This document shows positions 18,381 to 27,811 of a stretch of DNA of 64,000 nt, one piece after another (the first letter of the stretch is position 1; every line of letters begins with the position of its first letter). The translations under genes were made by a program, and so were the position numbers. This DNA is from a virus (lineage: Duplodnaviria > Caudoviricetes), in IMG/VR virus record IMGVR_UViG_3300029288_007089, positions 1-64,000 of that record, one strand, 5' to 3'. The notes under the pieces were generated by a model, which was not told the origin of the DNA, ran no database searches, and saw only the letters and a list, made by a program, of their open reading frames with translations.

Positions 18381-19802
18381 TCATTTGGTTGTTAAAGTAC
18401 TGACGTTTGCGAAACTACGATGGAACTCCCGATAACCTCCCTCCCAGTCTGCCTTGCGGTACAGCGCGCGGCGCGCAATGTTCACCGCCGCGTTGTCGTC
18501 AGAGTGGCCGGCATAACCGCACGCGCCGCAAGTCACACTGCGGTCGTCGCGGTCCATGTCCGCGCCGCACTTGTGGCAGATCACCGAACTATAGGCGGCG
18601 AACACGCGCCGGAACGGGACGCCGGCCAGCTTGCACTTGTACTCCAGGATACGGTCGAGCTTGCGGAACCGGCTCACCACGCGCCCACCGCGTACCTGCA
18701 CGTTGAGGTCTTCGACCACGATGCCGGCCTGCGCATTCTGCGCCGCGCCGATCAGCGTATTGGCGAGCGTGTGCAGGATGTTGTCGTAGGCCTTCTGTTT
18801 GTAGTGACGCTTGGTGATCTTCTGCCCGTTGCGCGCCAGTTGTTCGCGTTCCTTGCCGTGCTTAAGCTGAAGCGCGCGTAAGTCATCGTCGAAGTGCCCC
18901 ATCTCCAGCACCGCGCCGGTCCCGTCCACGAGCGCATACGCGGCGGTGTACAGGATGCCCTTGTCGATGCCCAGGTACGCCGCCGGCTCGTAAACGTCGG
19001 GGCACTCAACCTCAAACGTGACGTGCAGCGCATAGCCGGCGTCGCGCTTCACCAGGAACGCCGCCTTCACGCGCCCCGCCCCGTCGCGGCTCGGCTGCAA
19101 GAATTTCGCCTCGTGCCAGCCGTTGCGCCCGATCTCCAACGGCACAAGAATTGCCGAGGCGCTATTGCTCTTGAATACCTCGCCGGTATCCAGGCGCACA
19201 AGATTATCTGCGCTTGCGCCGATGGGCCTTGTCAGTTCATGGCCCTTCGGTAGCAACCACAGCGCCGCGATAAGCTGGCGCTTTTGTGTGTTCCACAAAA
19301 GAGAGAAAAGGCGATTTCGTGCCGCACCATCTGCCCCGCAGAAATAGAGTGGCATGTATTGGCCGCGCATCCGCATGAGCATGAGGTTGCGCGCTTCGTT
19401 GTAGTCGGCTTCGTCGCCGCCTACAAGAACGAAGTCATCAAGCGCATTGTCCACCGCGTCGGGTGCGGGATCGCGCCCTACCGGAAAGCCGGTTGCGCCG
19501 GCCATGCCATCGAGCGCATAGTAAGATGCGAGGTTACCAGCCACGTCCACAAGTAGGCTGTCTTTGGCGCTGGTGTGTAGTGCGGCATTGGGGCGCGGCA
19601 GGAGCGACATTATGGCCTTGCCGTTGTACTTGTCGCGGTACATGCCCTGTTCGCGCAACAAGTCGTCATTGTCGCGCGCCCAGTCCAACATAGCTTGATA
19701 TGCCAGCGTGTATTCACGCAGTGCGTGATCCATCACCGCCGTTTTATGCGCGGAGGGATTGTGGACTTTGAAAATGCAGGTTAGGTGGATAGAATTGCTC
19801 AT
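18381..19802 (-). CDS. tnpB: Compact TnpB/Cas12f-like RNA-guided RuvC nuclease (473 aa), apparently intact
   Basis: RuvC-I YLGIDKG, RuvC-II IVVEDL, CHKC...CGAC zinc finger, RuvC-III HSDDNAAVNIA. Confidence 0.9.
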   Translation of the reverse strand: MSNSIHLTCIFKVHNPSAHKTAVMDHALREYTLAYQAMLDWARDNDDLLREQGMYRDKYNGKAIMSLLPRPNAALHTSAKDSLLVDVAGNLASYYALDGMAGATGFPVGRDPAPDAVDNALDDFVLVGGDEADYNEARNLMLMRMRGQYMPLYFCGADGAARNRLFSLLWNTQKRQLIAALWLLPKGHELTRPIGASADNLVRLDTGEVFKSNSASAILVPLEIGRNGWHEAKFLQPSRDGAGRVKAAFLVKRDAGYALHVTFEVECPDVYEPAAYLGIDKGILYTAAYALVDGTGAVLEMGHFDDDLRALQLKHGKEREQLARNGQKITKRHYKQKAYDNILHTLANTLIGAAQNAQAGIVVEDLNVQVRGGRVVSRFRKLDRILEYKCKLAGVPFRRVFAAYSSVICHKCGADMDRDDRSVTCGACGYAGHSDDNAAVNIARRALYRKADWEGGYREFHRSFANVSTLTTK

Positions 19803-19866
19803 GCTCTGACTCTCGGTAGTCGGAGGGCCGGTGGGCGTTGCTGCGCCGCGACCGGCACCGCGCATT

Positions 19867-19914
19867 ACTATAGCACAAATGGTCTGACTGCGCAAATAGA
19901 TTCTGTGGTATACT
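19867..19914. promoter_or_regulatory. Divergent promoter pair: TTGCGC-17-TATAGT toward the nuclease (minus) and TGgTATACT (plus)
   Basis: actata 19867-19872, gcgcaa 19890-19895; tatact 19909-19914. Confidence 0.55.
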
Positions 19915-20052
19915 CTAAGTGGCGGATGATCCGGCCACCCGACCGTAACCAGCCGGCGCTGAACCGGGTGTATCCCCCGCATAAATCCACACCATCAACG
20001 AACTGCGATGGGAGCAAATCGCCTTAGTGGTGACGGGGGCCTCCGCTATATG

Positions 20053-20090
20053 ATGGGCACCATCAATGTAGATGGTGCCCATTCTTTTTT
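20053..20090 (+). terminator. Intrinsic terminator oriented for a plus-strand transcript
   Basis: 12-bp perfect stem atgggcaccatc/gatggtgcccat, 6-nt loop, TCTTTTTT tail on the plus strand. Confidence 0.75.
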
Positions 20091-20091
20091 G

Positions 20092-20448
20092 CTATCCCTT
20101 CACCGGCAGGATAAAGCTCACCCCGCTCGCCTGCGCGATGCTGCTCTTGATCTTCACGTACCGGTATGGCGCGATGCAACTCAGGTCGTCGCCGGTCAGC
20201 GCAAATGTGCCGCTCACCGGGCCAAAGCTCTTATCGTCGCCGTCGGTGTTCTTCACGTCAACGTAAGTGCCGCCGCCGGCGTCCGGCAAGTGCGACACCT
20301 GAAACGTGATCGTGCCGTTGGTGAACGACGTGGCGGCGATGAGGCCGAGCACGCCGTACTCGCCGGTGTCGATCTCACTGGACAGCGTGCCGCCGGGCAG
20401 GATCGTGCCGTTCAGCACCGCCGGGCGGTGTCCGATGATGCGCGTCAT
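20092..20448 (-). CDS. Putative virion structural protein
   Basis: 118-aa beta-rich ORF in the post-capsid cluster. Confidence 0.55.
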   Translation of the reverse strand: MTRIIGHRPAVLNGTILPGGTLSSEIDTGEYGVLGLIAATSFTNGTITFQVSHLPDAGGGTYVDVKNTDGDDKSFGPVSGTFALTGDDLSCIAPYRYVKIKSSIAQASGVSFILPVKG

Positions 20449-20503
20449 AGGTCAACCTCCTGTGTGGTGGGGGGCAGGACTTGCGCCCCGCCCCCGCGAA
20501 CGG

Positions 20504-20923
20504 TTAGAGGTCAACCGATTCGAGTAGCACGAAGAGCAGCGCGTTGGCGTCGCGCGAGGTCGGGTCAACCGTATCCTCAACCTGATAGATCAACCCCACC
20601 ACGTCGCCGGCGTTGAACGTGTAGTTCGCGCGCCGCGCCTCGAAGTGCTCCGAGTTTTTGCCCGCGTTCAGGTGCAGCACCGCCGTCGAGAAGGACGGCG
20701 CGAGCGAGCCGTTGATGGTCGGCTGGAAGGTGAGCGTCCCGGTCGTCAGCGACCCGTTGAGCGTACCGCTGAAACCAAAGATACTGCCCGCCGCCGGCAT
20801 CACGTACTCGTTCGTGCTATCCTCCAGCGCAAAGAACGTGCCGTTCGCGTTGGCGATGTTCGTCTTGCCGAACGGGAGCGCCATCGGCAGATGCTTGGGC
20901 GCGCCTGGGAATTGTGCAGTCAT
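20504..20923 (-). CDS. Putative capsid decoration/cement protein
   Basis: 139 aa directly after the capsid gene, strong AAGGAGG RBS. Confidence 0.55.
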   Translation of the reverse strand: MTAQFPGAPKHLPMALPFGKTNIANANGTFFALEDSTNEYVMPAAGSIFGFSGTLNGSLTTGTLTFQPTINGSLAPSFSTAVLHLNAGKNSEHFEARRANYTFNAGDVVGLIYQVEDTVDPTSRDANALLFVLLESVDL

Positions 20924-20946
20924 TTCAGCACCTCCTTAGTGCGCCG

Positions 20947-23691
20947 CTACGAGACTTTGATGTAGTAGAGCAGCGATGCGCAGTCCGTGTCGAAGTTCTC
21001 GAACGCGAAGCGGCTGGTCATGGTCAGGATGTACAGGTCGTCGCGCGCGAAGAACTCCACCGTGCTCGTGACCTGCCGGCGGTAGCCGAGCTTCCACGAG
21101 GGCTTGTGCGCAATGACGATCTGGCCGTACAGGTTGTCGCCGCTGGTGTCGTTGACGTAGCCGCTCGTGTCACCCAGCGCCAGTTCCTGCGTCTGCTTGA
21201 CCTCCACGCCGTCGATGGTGGGCACCACGCCCGTCGTCACGGTGCTGCCCTGGCCGTTGATCGACCACGCCAGCAGTTCGTCAATGCCGAGCAGTTTTCC
21301 GTAGGTTTCGGGGTCGCAGAACATCACCAGGTCGCGCGTGCGCGCGGCGTAGGCGCGGCTGAGCAGGTAGCGCGTCGCGCGGATGTTCTCCAGGTTGGGC
21401 ACCGCACCCGCCATGCTCTGCTTGTTATCGGTGTTGTCCACGAGCGCCAGGTGGCGCAGGCCATCGCCGCCGCCATAAAGCACCTTGTCGTCGTCGTCAA
21501 TGTCCGTGCCGTAGTAGTTGATGTTGGCGCTGCTGTTGGTGCTATCCGCGTTGAGGAGCACGTTGTCGATGGCGTCCTGCATGGCGCGCATCGCCTGCGC
21601 GCGCAGCTGCGGGATGAAGGGGATGATGCTGTCCTCGTTCATCTCGTTCGAGAAGGGCACCTGGAGGCCGAGTTTGCCGGCAGTGAACGTCACCTTCGCG
21701 ACCGTCAGGCGCGACTTTGAGGTAAAGACGTTGGTTGAGTACACGGTGTCGTCGGTCGTGGTCGCCTGCCCCACCGCGTACACAATCGGATCAGTGGACT
21801 CCGCCGGGTACTCGTAAGTCGGGGCGGGCATTTCAAAAACGTCGAAGCTGGAGGCGACGACGTTTTCCAGCCGCGCCCTCTCCCACAGATCACTAGACCA
21901 AAGCGTGGGAATCCACGAGGTGTCGTAGGCAGTGTTGTTGACTTCGTTAGACTTGACGCCATTGGCCTTGATCGCGGCGTAGGTGCGCGCGTCCACGAGG
22001 TAACGGCCCTTTTCGTATTCCTGGGCCGTCTTGATCGCGAGCGCGTTGTAGAATTCCTGGTCGGGCAGGAACTGGCGCTGCACGTCCGGGTCGAGGCCGC
22101 GCGCCGTCTTGAAGGCGCGCAGGAAGCTCATGTCCTGCGCGCTGAGCGGGTCGTACTTGGACGCGACCTGGATATTGGGCTTGCGCTCCGGCAGGCCGTT
22201 GCCGTTGCCCGTGTAGGGCTGGGCCTTCGGCTCGCCGGGCAGCGCGGCCTTGATGCCTTCCTGCACCATGCGCTTGACCTGCGCGGTCGTGAGCGTGCCG
22301 TTGCGGTTGGCGCGCCTCGGTTTCGCCGCCTTGACCGGGGCCGGCTTCGGCTCCTCGGCTTTCGCCTCAGCCTCCGGCTCCTCGGCCTTGTATTCCTCCG
22401 GCGTCTCTTCCTCTTCGTCCTCGGCCATCAGCGCCTCGTCGTAGACCTCCTCTTCGGGCACGGCCTCGGCTTCGGGCGTCACGTCCTTGAGGACTTCGAG
22501 GATCATGTCGGGCGAAGCGCCGGCGGTCTCCATCGCTTCGATGAGCGACCCCTGATCGACTGGCTCCGCCTCCACGACAGAAAGAACAGTAGAAGGCTCT
22601 GCGCCAAGTTCTTTCATCTTGGCGATGAGCCGTTGCTGGTTGTACATGGTTTTCAACCTCCGTTGAGGTGTTGGTTTTTCCGTCACAGTTTCCGTTTTTG
22701 CCGCAAGCGGCGCGGCAGCCGTCGCTAACGCAACCGGGGGCGGGGCGGATACGCTTTCCGCCGTTGCCTCTTTAGCCTTCGCCGGCACGTGGCCCTCTGG
22801 CGTCGGCTCTTCAGGCGCGGGCGCGGGCGTCGCCGCGTCGCTTTCCAGCGCGGTAACATCGAACTTGAGTGCGTGTACCGTCGTGCGGTACGGCTCGGCG
22901 GGCGTGGGCGTCAGGCTGCCCTCGACGATAGGCCAGCGGTCAATGCGCCCGTCGCCGGCGACTTTCACCAGGTGCGGGATGCTGCCCGATGACCAGCCCA
23001 ACTCGCCCCGGCGCACGGCGGCGTACACTTTCTGCGCCCACTGCGCTTTCTGCGGGTCGGGATCGTCGAGCGCAAGCTGCGCCTCGGCATAGATGCCCTT
23101 CGCGTCGGGCGTGACGCGGTAGATGTGACCCACCTCCTCGGTCTGGATATGGCCGTCCAGCCCGTGGTGGTAGAGCACCGGGCGCTCCTTGTACCAACCC
23201 AACTCGAATTCCGTGTCGGGGTGGAACCACTCGCCCTGGCTGTCTTTCTGCTGCGGGTTACCCCACACCACGAGGTAGCCGCCGATGCGCCCGTCGCCCA
23301 CGTCGCTGAGCGCCTTGAGCGCGCCTCCGGCGTAGTAGGTCAGCTCGGCGGCCTTGATGCTGGCGGGGTCGGGCGCGTCGCCCTTTTCCGCCTCCGCCTT
23401 AAGCTGCGCCTCAATTGCTTCCAGCGCCTTGAGGTAGTCGTCGGGGCCGATGTAGAGCCGCCCGTCCTTAACGTGCTCAATGTGCGCCGCCCACAGCGCG
23501 CGGGTGACGCGCTCCGCCTGCGCCGCGTCCTCGTAGTACGCCTTGAGGTGATCGCGCGTCGCCTCCCAGGTCAGGCCGGCCTCTTTGCCGCCGTGCGCGT
23601 AGTACGCGCCGTAGCAGCGTTGGTTGGCCTCCTCTTCCGAGAAGCCCTTGCTGAGATATTCGCGGATGCAGTCGTGTACCCACTGCGGCAT
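20947..23691 (-). CDS. Fused prohead protease - scaffold - major capsid protein (914 aa)
   Basis: HK97-type protease (GYLVVWG..D..G, PVLYHHG, GWSSG, WPIVEGSLTPTPAEP), acidic/Pro linker, capsid (WIPTLWSSDLWERARLENVV; AKVTFTAGKLG). Confidence 0.85.
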   Translation of the reverse strand: MPQWVHDCIREYLSKGFSEEEANQRCYGAYYAHGGKEAGLTWEATRDHLKAYYEDAAQAERVTRALWAAHIEHVKDGRLYIGPDDYLKALEAIEAQLKAEAEKGDAPDPASIKAAELTYYAGGALKALSDVGDGRIGGYLVVWGNPQQKDSQGEWFHPDTEFELGWYKERPVLYHHGLDGHIQTEEVGHIYRVTPDAKGIYAEAQLALDDPDPQKAQWAQKVYAAVRRGELGWSSGSIPHLVKVAGDGRIDRWPIVEGSLTPTPAEPYRTTVHALKFDVTALESDAATPAPAPEEPTPEGHVPAKAKEATAESVSAPPPVALATAAAPLAAKTETVTEKPTPQRRLKTMYNQQRLIAKMKELGAEPSTVLSVVEAEPVDQGSLIEAMETAGASPDMILEVLKDVTPEAEAVPEEEVYDEALMAEDEEEETPEEYKAEEPEAEAKAEEPKPAPVKAAKPRRANRNGTLTTAQVKRMVQEGIKAALPGEPKAQPYTGNGNGLPERKPNIQVASKYDPLSAQDMSFLRAFKTARGLDPDVQRQFLPDQEFYNALAIKTAQEYEKGRYLVDARTYAAIKANGVKSNEVNNTAYDTSWIPTLWSSDLWERARLENVVASSFDVFEMPAPTYEYPAESTDPIVYAVGQATTTDDTVYSTNVFTSKSRLTVAKVTFTAGKLGLQVPFSNEMNEDSIIPFIPQLRAQAMRAMQDAIDNVLLNADSTNSSANINYYGTDIDDDDKVLYGGGDGLRHLALVDNTDNKQSMAGAVPNLENIRATRYLLSRAYAARTRDLVMFCDPETYGKLLGIDELLAWSINGQGSTVTTGVVPTIDGVEVKQTQELALGDTSGYVNDTSGDNLYGQIVIAHKPSWKLGYRRQVTSTVEFFARDDLYILTMTSRFAFENFDTDCASLLYYIKVS

Positions 23692-23699
23692 GGCGCTAC

Positions 23700-23839
23700 T
23701 CCAAAACAAAAAACGCCCCGACTGGGGCGCTCTATGGCGCACACAATCGGGGCGTTTGCACAACGCACGCTTATGCGGTTTGGCGCGGCGGTTTCCCCGC
23801 CGCTGGTATCAGTCTACACCACTTTCTCCGTTATGACAA
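23700..23839 (-). promoter_or_regulatory. Promoter TTGTCA-17-TAGACT plus leader hairpin before the capsid gene
   Basis: -35 at 23834-23839, -10 at 23811-23816; 11-bp stem 23711-23721/23747-23757, then U-run and GGAG. Confidence 0.6.
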
Positions 23840-24126
23840 GTGGCGTCGCGCGCCGGCACGCGCACATTTTCCGGGATCACCAGCGCGTCGCCGAGCAGTT
23901 CCATGACGCGCGGCGACAGCGCCTCCGCGCGCACGAGCACGCAGTTGATCGCGCCGGCGACCTGGAGCACGGGCACGTCGAAGCGCAGCCGGTCGCCGTG
24001 GTAGCGAAACGAGATGACAATGCACTCGTTGCTCAGGTCCAGCGTCAGGTATGGCGCGTTCGTCTTTGGGTCACGCCACGTCTCCAGGCGGCGCGGCTTG
24101 GCAATGGCGAGCGTGTCATTCCCCAT
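23809..24126 (-). CDS. Hypothetical protein
   Basis: ~105-aa ORF in the head operon. Confidence 0.55.
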   Translation of the reverse strand: MGNDTLAIAKPRRLETWRDPKTNAPYLTLDLSNECIVISFRYHGDRLRFDVPVLQVAGAINCVLVRAEALSPRVMELLGDALVIPENVRVPARDATCHNGESGVD

Positions 24127-24697
24127 AGATGCTCTCGCGTACAACCCGTATCCACTCCCGGTGCAATACCGCCGTCGCGTCCTCGGACGCCTGGTCCAGC
24201 GTTTCGCGCACCTCGTCCGGCGTCAACCAACCCGTATCCACGTGAAATTGTTGCTGCCACGAGGGGCGCGATGGATCGCCAATGACGAACGGAAAATGAT
24301 CGGCGGTGTTGCTGACTTTCAATAATGCCTCGCCTGCGCGCAGCGACACCGCCTCCACGCGCCAGGCGAGGTTGACTTTCGCCGGCTTGTTGCGCCGCGC
24401 CGGAATGCCGCGCCCAAAGCCGTCGGTAGCGAAGAACGCGGCCTTCTGGCGCGAGTAGTAGCCAAAGCGCGTGTTGGCGCGCTTATTCCTGTCGGCGGGA
24501 TGGCGCGAGGGCGCCCACCGGATGGGATAGCGCGGCGGTCCCGGCGCGTAGGTAAACAGGTCTTCGGTCAGGAATTTGGTGATCTCGTCGCGCGTCACGG
24601 TAAGCGCCTCACTTGCCAGCGACGGCGCTTCCGCCAACGTCTCACGGATATTCTTCAGCACGCGGTCGTCAGTTATTTCGACGTAGGCTCTGAACAT
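24116..24697 (-). CDS. Putative minor head/head-tail protein (HK97 gp10-like)
   Basis: Basic ORF after the portal with VSNTADHFPFVIG...QQFHVDTGW pattern. Confidence 0.5.
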   Translation of the reverse strand: MFRAYVEITDDRVLKNIRETLAEAPSLASEALTVTRDEITKFLTEDLFTYAPGPPRYPIRWAPSRHPADRNKRANTRFGYYSRQKAAFFATDGFGRGIPARRNKPAKVNLAWRVEAVSLRAGEALLKVSNTADHFPFVIGDPSRPSWQQQFHVDTGWLTPDEVRETLDQASEDATAVLHREWIRVVRESIYGE

Positions 24698-24698
24698 G

Positions 24699-27600
24699 CT
24701 AACCGCCTCCAAAGAGCGGAATGGCGCTCAGATCGCCGCGCGGCTCCGCGCCCGCAGGCGCGGGGATCAGGCCGCAATCGCAGTTGTCGCCGTGACATTC
24801 CAGATTGCTTTGCTTGGGCGCAACGCCCGCCTCGCGCCACTCGCGCGCGGTGTGTATCTGTCCTTCGGCGACGCGGCAGGAGGCGCAGTGCTCAATCGTG
24901 TCGCCGTAGACCCAGATGAGTAGCTGATTATCCTGCGCAAAGAGCTTGCCCAGTTCAAAGGCGTTGCCCAGGCCCTTATTGACCCACACCGCCATACGGT
25001 CGATAAATGCGCGTTGCGCCATCTTGAATTCGTCAAAGGCGCGGTTGGCGGAGGCGAGGCGCTTTTCCGCCTCTGCGCACGCTATTTCGTCACCCGTCTC
25101 GGCGCATTGCTGTTGAAAATCAAACGCCGCCTGAAACATGAAGTCGATAAACTGGCGCTGGGGGAGCATGTCGCCATACAGTTCATTAGCGAGTTTGGTC
25201 CAGTATTTTGCCTCCTCGTTGGCGCGGGCGTGTATCTCGGCGCGCGCTTCGTCGGTGAGATCGTCAGCGCTATCAACCTGCGCGCCGGCGTCGTGCATCC
25301 CGTCGATGAATCCCTGCGTCAGATAGGCGCGTATCTCGGCGCGCCCCAGGTCGCCGAACTCTTTGCGCGGCACCGCCGGCCCGCCCTCTGCGCCCGTCTG
25401 GAAAGCGCGCATCACGAGGTCCACGAGCGCAATATGGTAATCTATCTCCGTCTGCGCAAAGCTCTTGCCTGCCCAGCGGCGCGCAAACACACGCGCCTCA
25501 TCCAGTGCCGCCGCGTTGTCGCCTGTCAGTTTTAGCCACATGCGCGCTACCGCCCGCACGTGCGCCGGAATGTCGCCGGCGTCGGCCTTCGCGCCGTTGA
25601 ATACCCACGCGGCAAGCGCATCATCAAAAGGGAGTTCGTCAACAGCATCCTCCTTGCGCGCCTGTCGCGCCGCCGCAAACACCGCCCGCACGCCGTCCCT
25701 TCCCGCCGCCGCCGGCAATTCCGCCAGCGCCATGCGCACAACGGCCTGCGTCGCCGGCGGCGTCACGTAGCACTCGAAGTCCTGCGCGCGCCTGGTGGAC
25801 TTGAGCGCCACCTTTTCCCACGCGGCAAGCTCATCCGCTACCGATTTCAGATTCCAGGTGTATTGCGGCGCGTCATCGACAAGCTGCACGATTTCGATGG
25901 GCAGGCGCACGCCGGCGACAATCGCCTCAGCGTCTACCTTGTCGAGCAACCCGTCGGCGACGTTGTATGCGAGGGTGACGTGCGGTTTCCAGTCTTCGGG
26001 CTGCGAGTAGTCCGAAACGATAAGGCCGGCGTATATCATGCGCCCCACGCACTCGGCCTGCAACGCGCGCAGGGCATCATTGGCGGCAACGCGCAGCACG
26101 AGACACGCGCCATCTTCCGTATCCCAGACCTCCAGGCGCTCCGCTGCAACCGTGGTCGGCTCCAGCGCATAATTGTCCTGAAAATCCACAAAGGGCGTCA
26201 TGGCCGCGCGCGGCTGTGGTGCGGCGGCATAGCACAGCGACAGGTGCCATTCCGCCGGCGCAAGCCAGTCGGCGTCGGGGTCAACCGCAAACAGCGTCTC
26301 CCAGAGCGCGGCGAGGTCGCCGTTGTTGGCAAGGCTTACCCAGAAGCCAAAGCCGGCGTCTTTAGTCGCAACGGGCCGCGCCTTCTGCCGCTGCGTCACC
26401 CCGCGCACGACCGTCGCCGGCTTCCATTCCGCGCGCTCGCGCCCGTTGCCGTTGCCGGGAGTGAGCAGTTTCGGCTTCGGCGCGGGTAGATGCGGCGCGG
26501 TGGTTGTCGCCTGCGCCGCCACCGGCGGCGGGGCCGGCGCAAGCGGCATCTGGTCCAGTTGCGCGACCGGGATGGGCTGCCCGCCCAGATAGAGCACGTT
26601 GCCGGCCGGCAACGGCTCCAGGCCCTCGGCGTCGCGCGCCTCGTTGAGTGTGATGAGGCCCGCGCCTAGGCGTTGCGTGGTCAACTGCGTCTGACGCAGC
26701 GCGTCCTCGGAGAGCGCCTTGATTTCGTCGAAGACGAACTCGAACTCCGCGTCGCCGCTGGCGTCAAAGAACGGCATGGCCTGCGCGTTGATGTCGGCGG
26801 CGATGTCGCGCCCATCAGGGATAACGCGGCTCTCCGCAAACCACTGCTGGTCGCGCAGCTTGTTCTCGTAAGTCACCTCCGCGCCGGTGTCCACCAGTGA
26901 CAGGGGCACGCCGAACGCCGCGCAGATTTCGCGGCGCACGCTCTCGCGCAGGCCGGCGTCATCCAGTGTCGGCGCGCGCTGCACCTCGATGACGGAGACC
27001 TTGCGCTCCAGCAGCGCCGGCTTGCCCGCCTTGTCCGGCCCCTGAAACTGCGCCTTCCACGTGTCCATAAAGCGCGTCGCGTCGGCCGGTGACATGGCGT
27101 TTTCGGGCACGAGCAGGATGCCGGGCCGCGCGTCATTGGCGTAAAAGGCGCGCGTCACCCGCGCCACGTCGCGGTCAATGCCCAATTCATCCATGATGGT
27201 CAGGAAAGGCGACAGGCCGCGCAGGTCGTCGAACGGGTTGTCGGTGTGCGCGAAGATCATCTCGTGCGGGTCGAATTCGGCGTAGTTCGCGCCGCCGGGC
27301 GCGCTGTACATGAACTTACGGATGTAGCCGGTCGAGGCGTCTACCGTGACGCCCAGGTTGTTGAGCCAGTTCAGGCCGGCGGGGTAGTTGGCGCGGTTGC
27401 GCGTCTTCTCGACGAAGACCTCACCCCATAGCTTCATGCTCCACTGCCACTTGCGCAACAGCTTTTGCTCGTTGCGGCGCAGCGCGCGCGCCAGCGGGTG
27501 GTCGGGCAACTCCTCGCGACTGTCCTTGTCCACCACGCGCCAGCGCAGGCCGGCTATGGCGTCGGCGCACACATTCACCGCGCGGAAAGCCCACACCGAC

Positions 27601-27809
27601 ACGACGAGGGCATAGGCGAGGCCGGTAGCGGAATTGCTCAGGTACTGGTCGGCGCTGTAGTACACGCCGCCGGTCCAGTAGCTATCGCCAGCCTTGATCG
27701 CCTCCATGCGCCCGGACGAGTCGAGGCGGAAACCGATTACGCCATCGCGGGCGGCTTTCACCGCCGGCGCGTCCGGCGCTTTCCTGCGAAATGGTTTGAG
27801 CAGGTCCAT
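24699..27809 (-). CDS. Portal protein fused to a 2H phosphoesterase and a MuF-like head-morphogenesis domain (1036 aa)
   Basis: HK97 portal motifs (VWAFRAVNVCADAIAGL, DDLRGLSP, FYANDARPG, ICAAFGVP, ITLNEARD); 2H motifs HLSL and HVTL; C-terminal HCASC...CHGDNCDC. Confidence 0.85.
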   Translation of the reverse strand: MDLLKPFRRKAPDAPAVKAARDGVIGFRLDSSGRMEAIKAGDSYWTGGVYYSADQYLSNSATGLAYALVVSVWAFRAVNVCADAIAGLRWRVVDKDSREELPDHPLARALRRNEQKLLRKWQWSMKLWGEVFVEKTRNRANYPAGLNWLNNLGVTVDASTGYIRKFMYSAPGGANYAEFDPHEMIFAHTDNPFDDLRGLSPFLTIMDELGIDRDVARVTRAFYANDARPGILLVPENAMSPADATRFMDTWKAQFQGPDKAGKPALLERKVSVIEVQRAPTLDDAGLRESVRREICAAFGVPLSLVDTGAEVTYENKLRDQQWFAESRVIPDGRDIAADINAQAMPFFDASGDAEFEFVFDEIKALSEDALRQTQLTTQRLGAGLITLNEARDAEGLEPLPAGNVLYLGGQPIPVAQLDQMPLAPAPPPVAAQATTTAPHLPAPKPKLLTPGNGNGRERAEWKPATVVRGVTQRQKARPVATKDAGFGFWVSLANNGDLAALWETLFAVDPDADWLAPAEWHLSLCYAAAPQPRAAMTPFVDFQDNYALEPTTVAAERLEVWDTEDGACLVLRVAANDALRALQAECVGRMIYAGLIVSDYSQPEDWKPHVTLAYNVADGLLDKVDAEAIVAGVRLPIEIVQLVDDAPQYTWNLKSVADELAAWEKVALKSTRRAQDFECYVTPPATQAVVRMALAELPAAAGRDGVRAVFAAARQARKEDAVDELPFDDALAAWVFNGAKADAGDIPAHVRAVARMWLKLTGDNAAALDEARVFARRWAGKSFAQTEIDYHIALVDLVMRAFQTGAEGGPAVPRKEFGDLGRAEIRAYLTQGFIDGMHDAGAQVDSADDLTDEARAEIHARANEEAKYWTKLANELYGDMLPQRQFIDFMFQAAFDFQQQCAETGDEIACAEAEKRLASANRAFDEFKMAQRAFIDRMAVWVNKGLGNAFELGKLFAQDNQLLIWVYGDTIEHCASCRVAEGQIHTAREWREAGVAPKQSNLECHGDNCDCGLIPAPAGAEPRGDLSAIPLFGGG

Positions 27810-27811
27810 AT

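Noticed and set aside
18525-18540. TGTGAC motif in the intact nuclease gene a few nt from the deletion breakpoint seen in the 55-kb copy
   Set aside because: A single 6-mer, offset from the junction; could be chance and cannot support a TnpA-cleavage model
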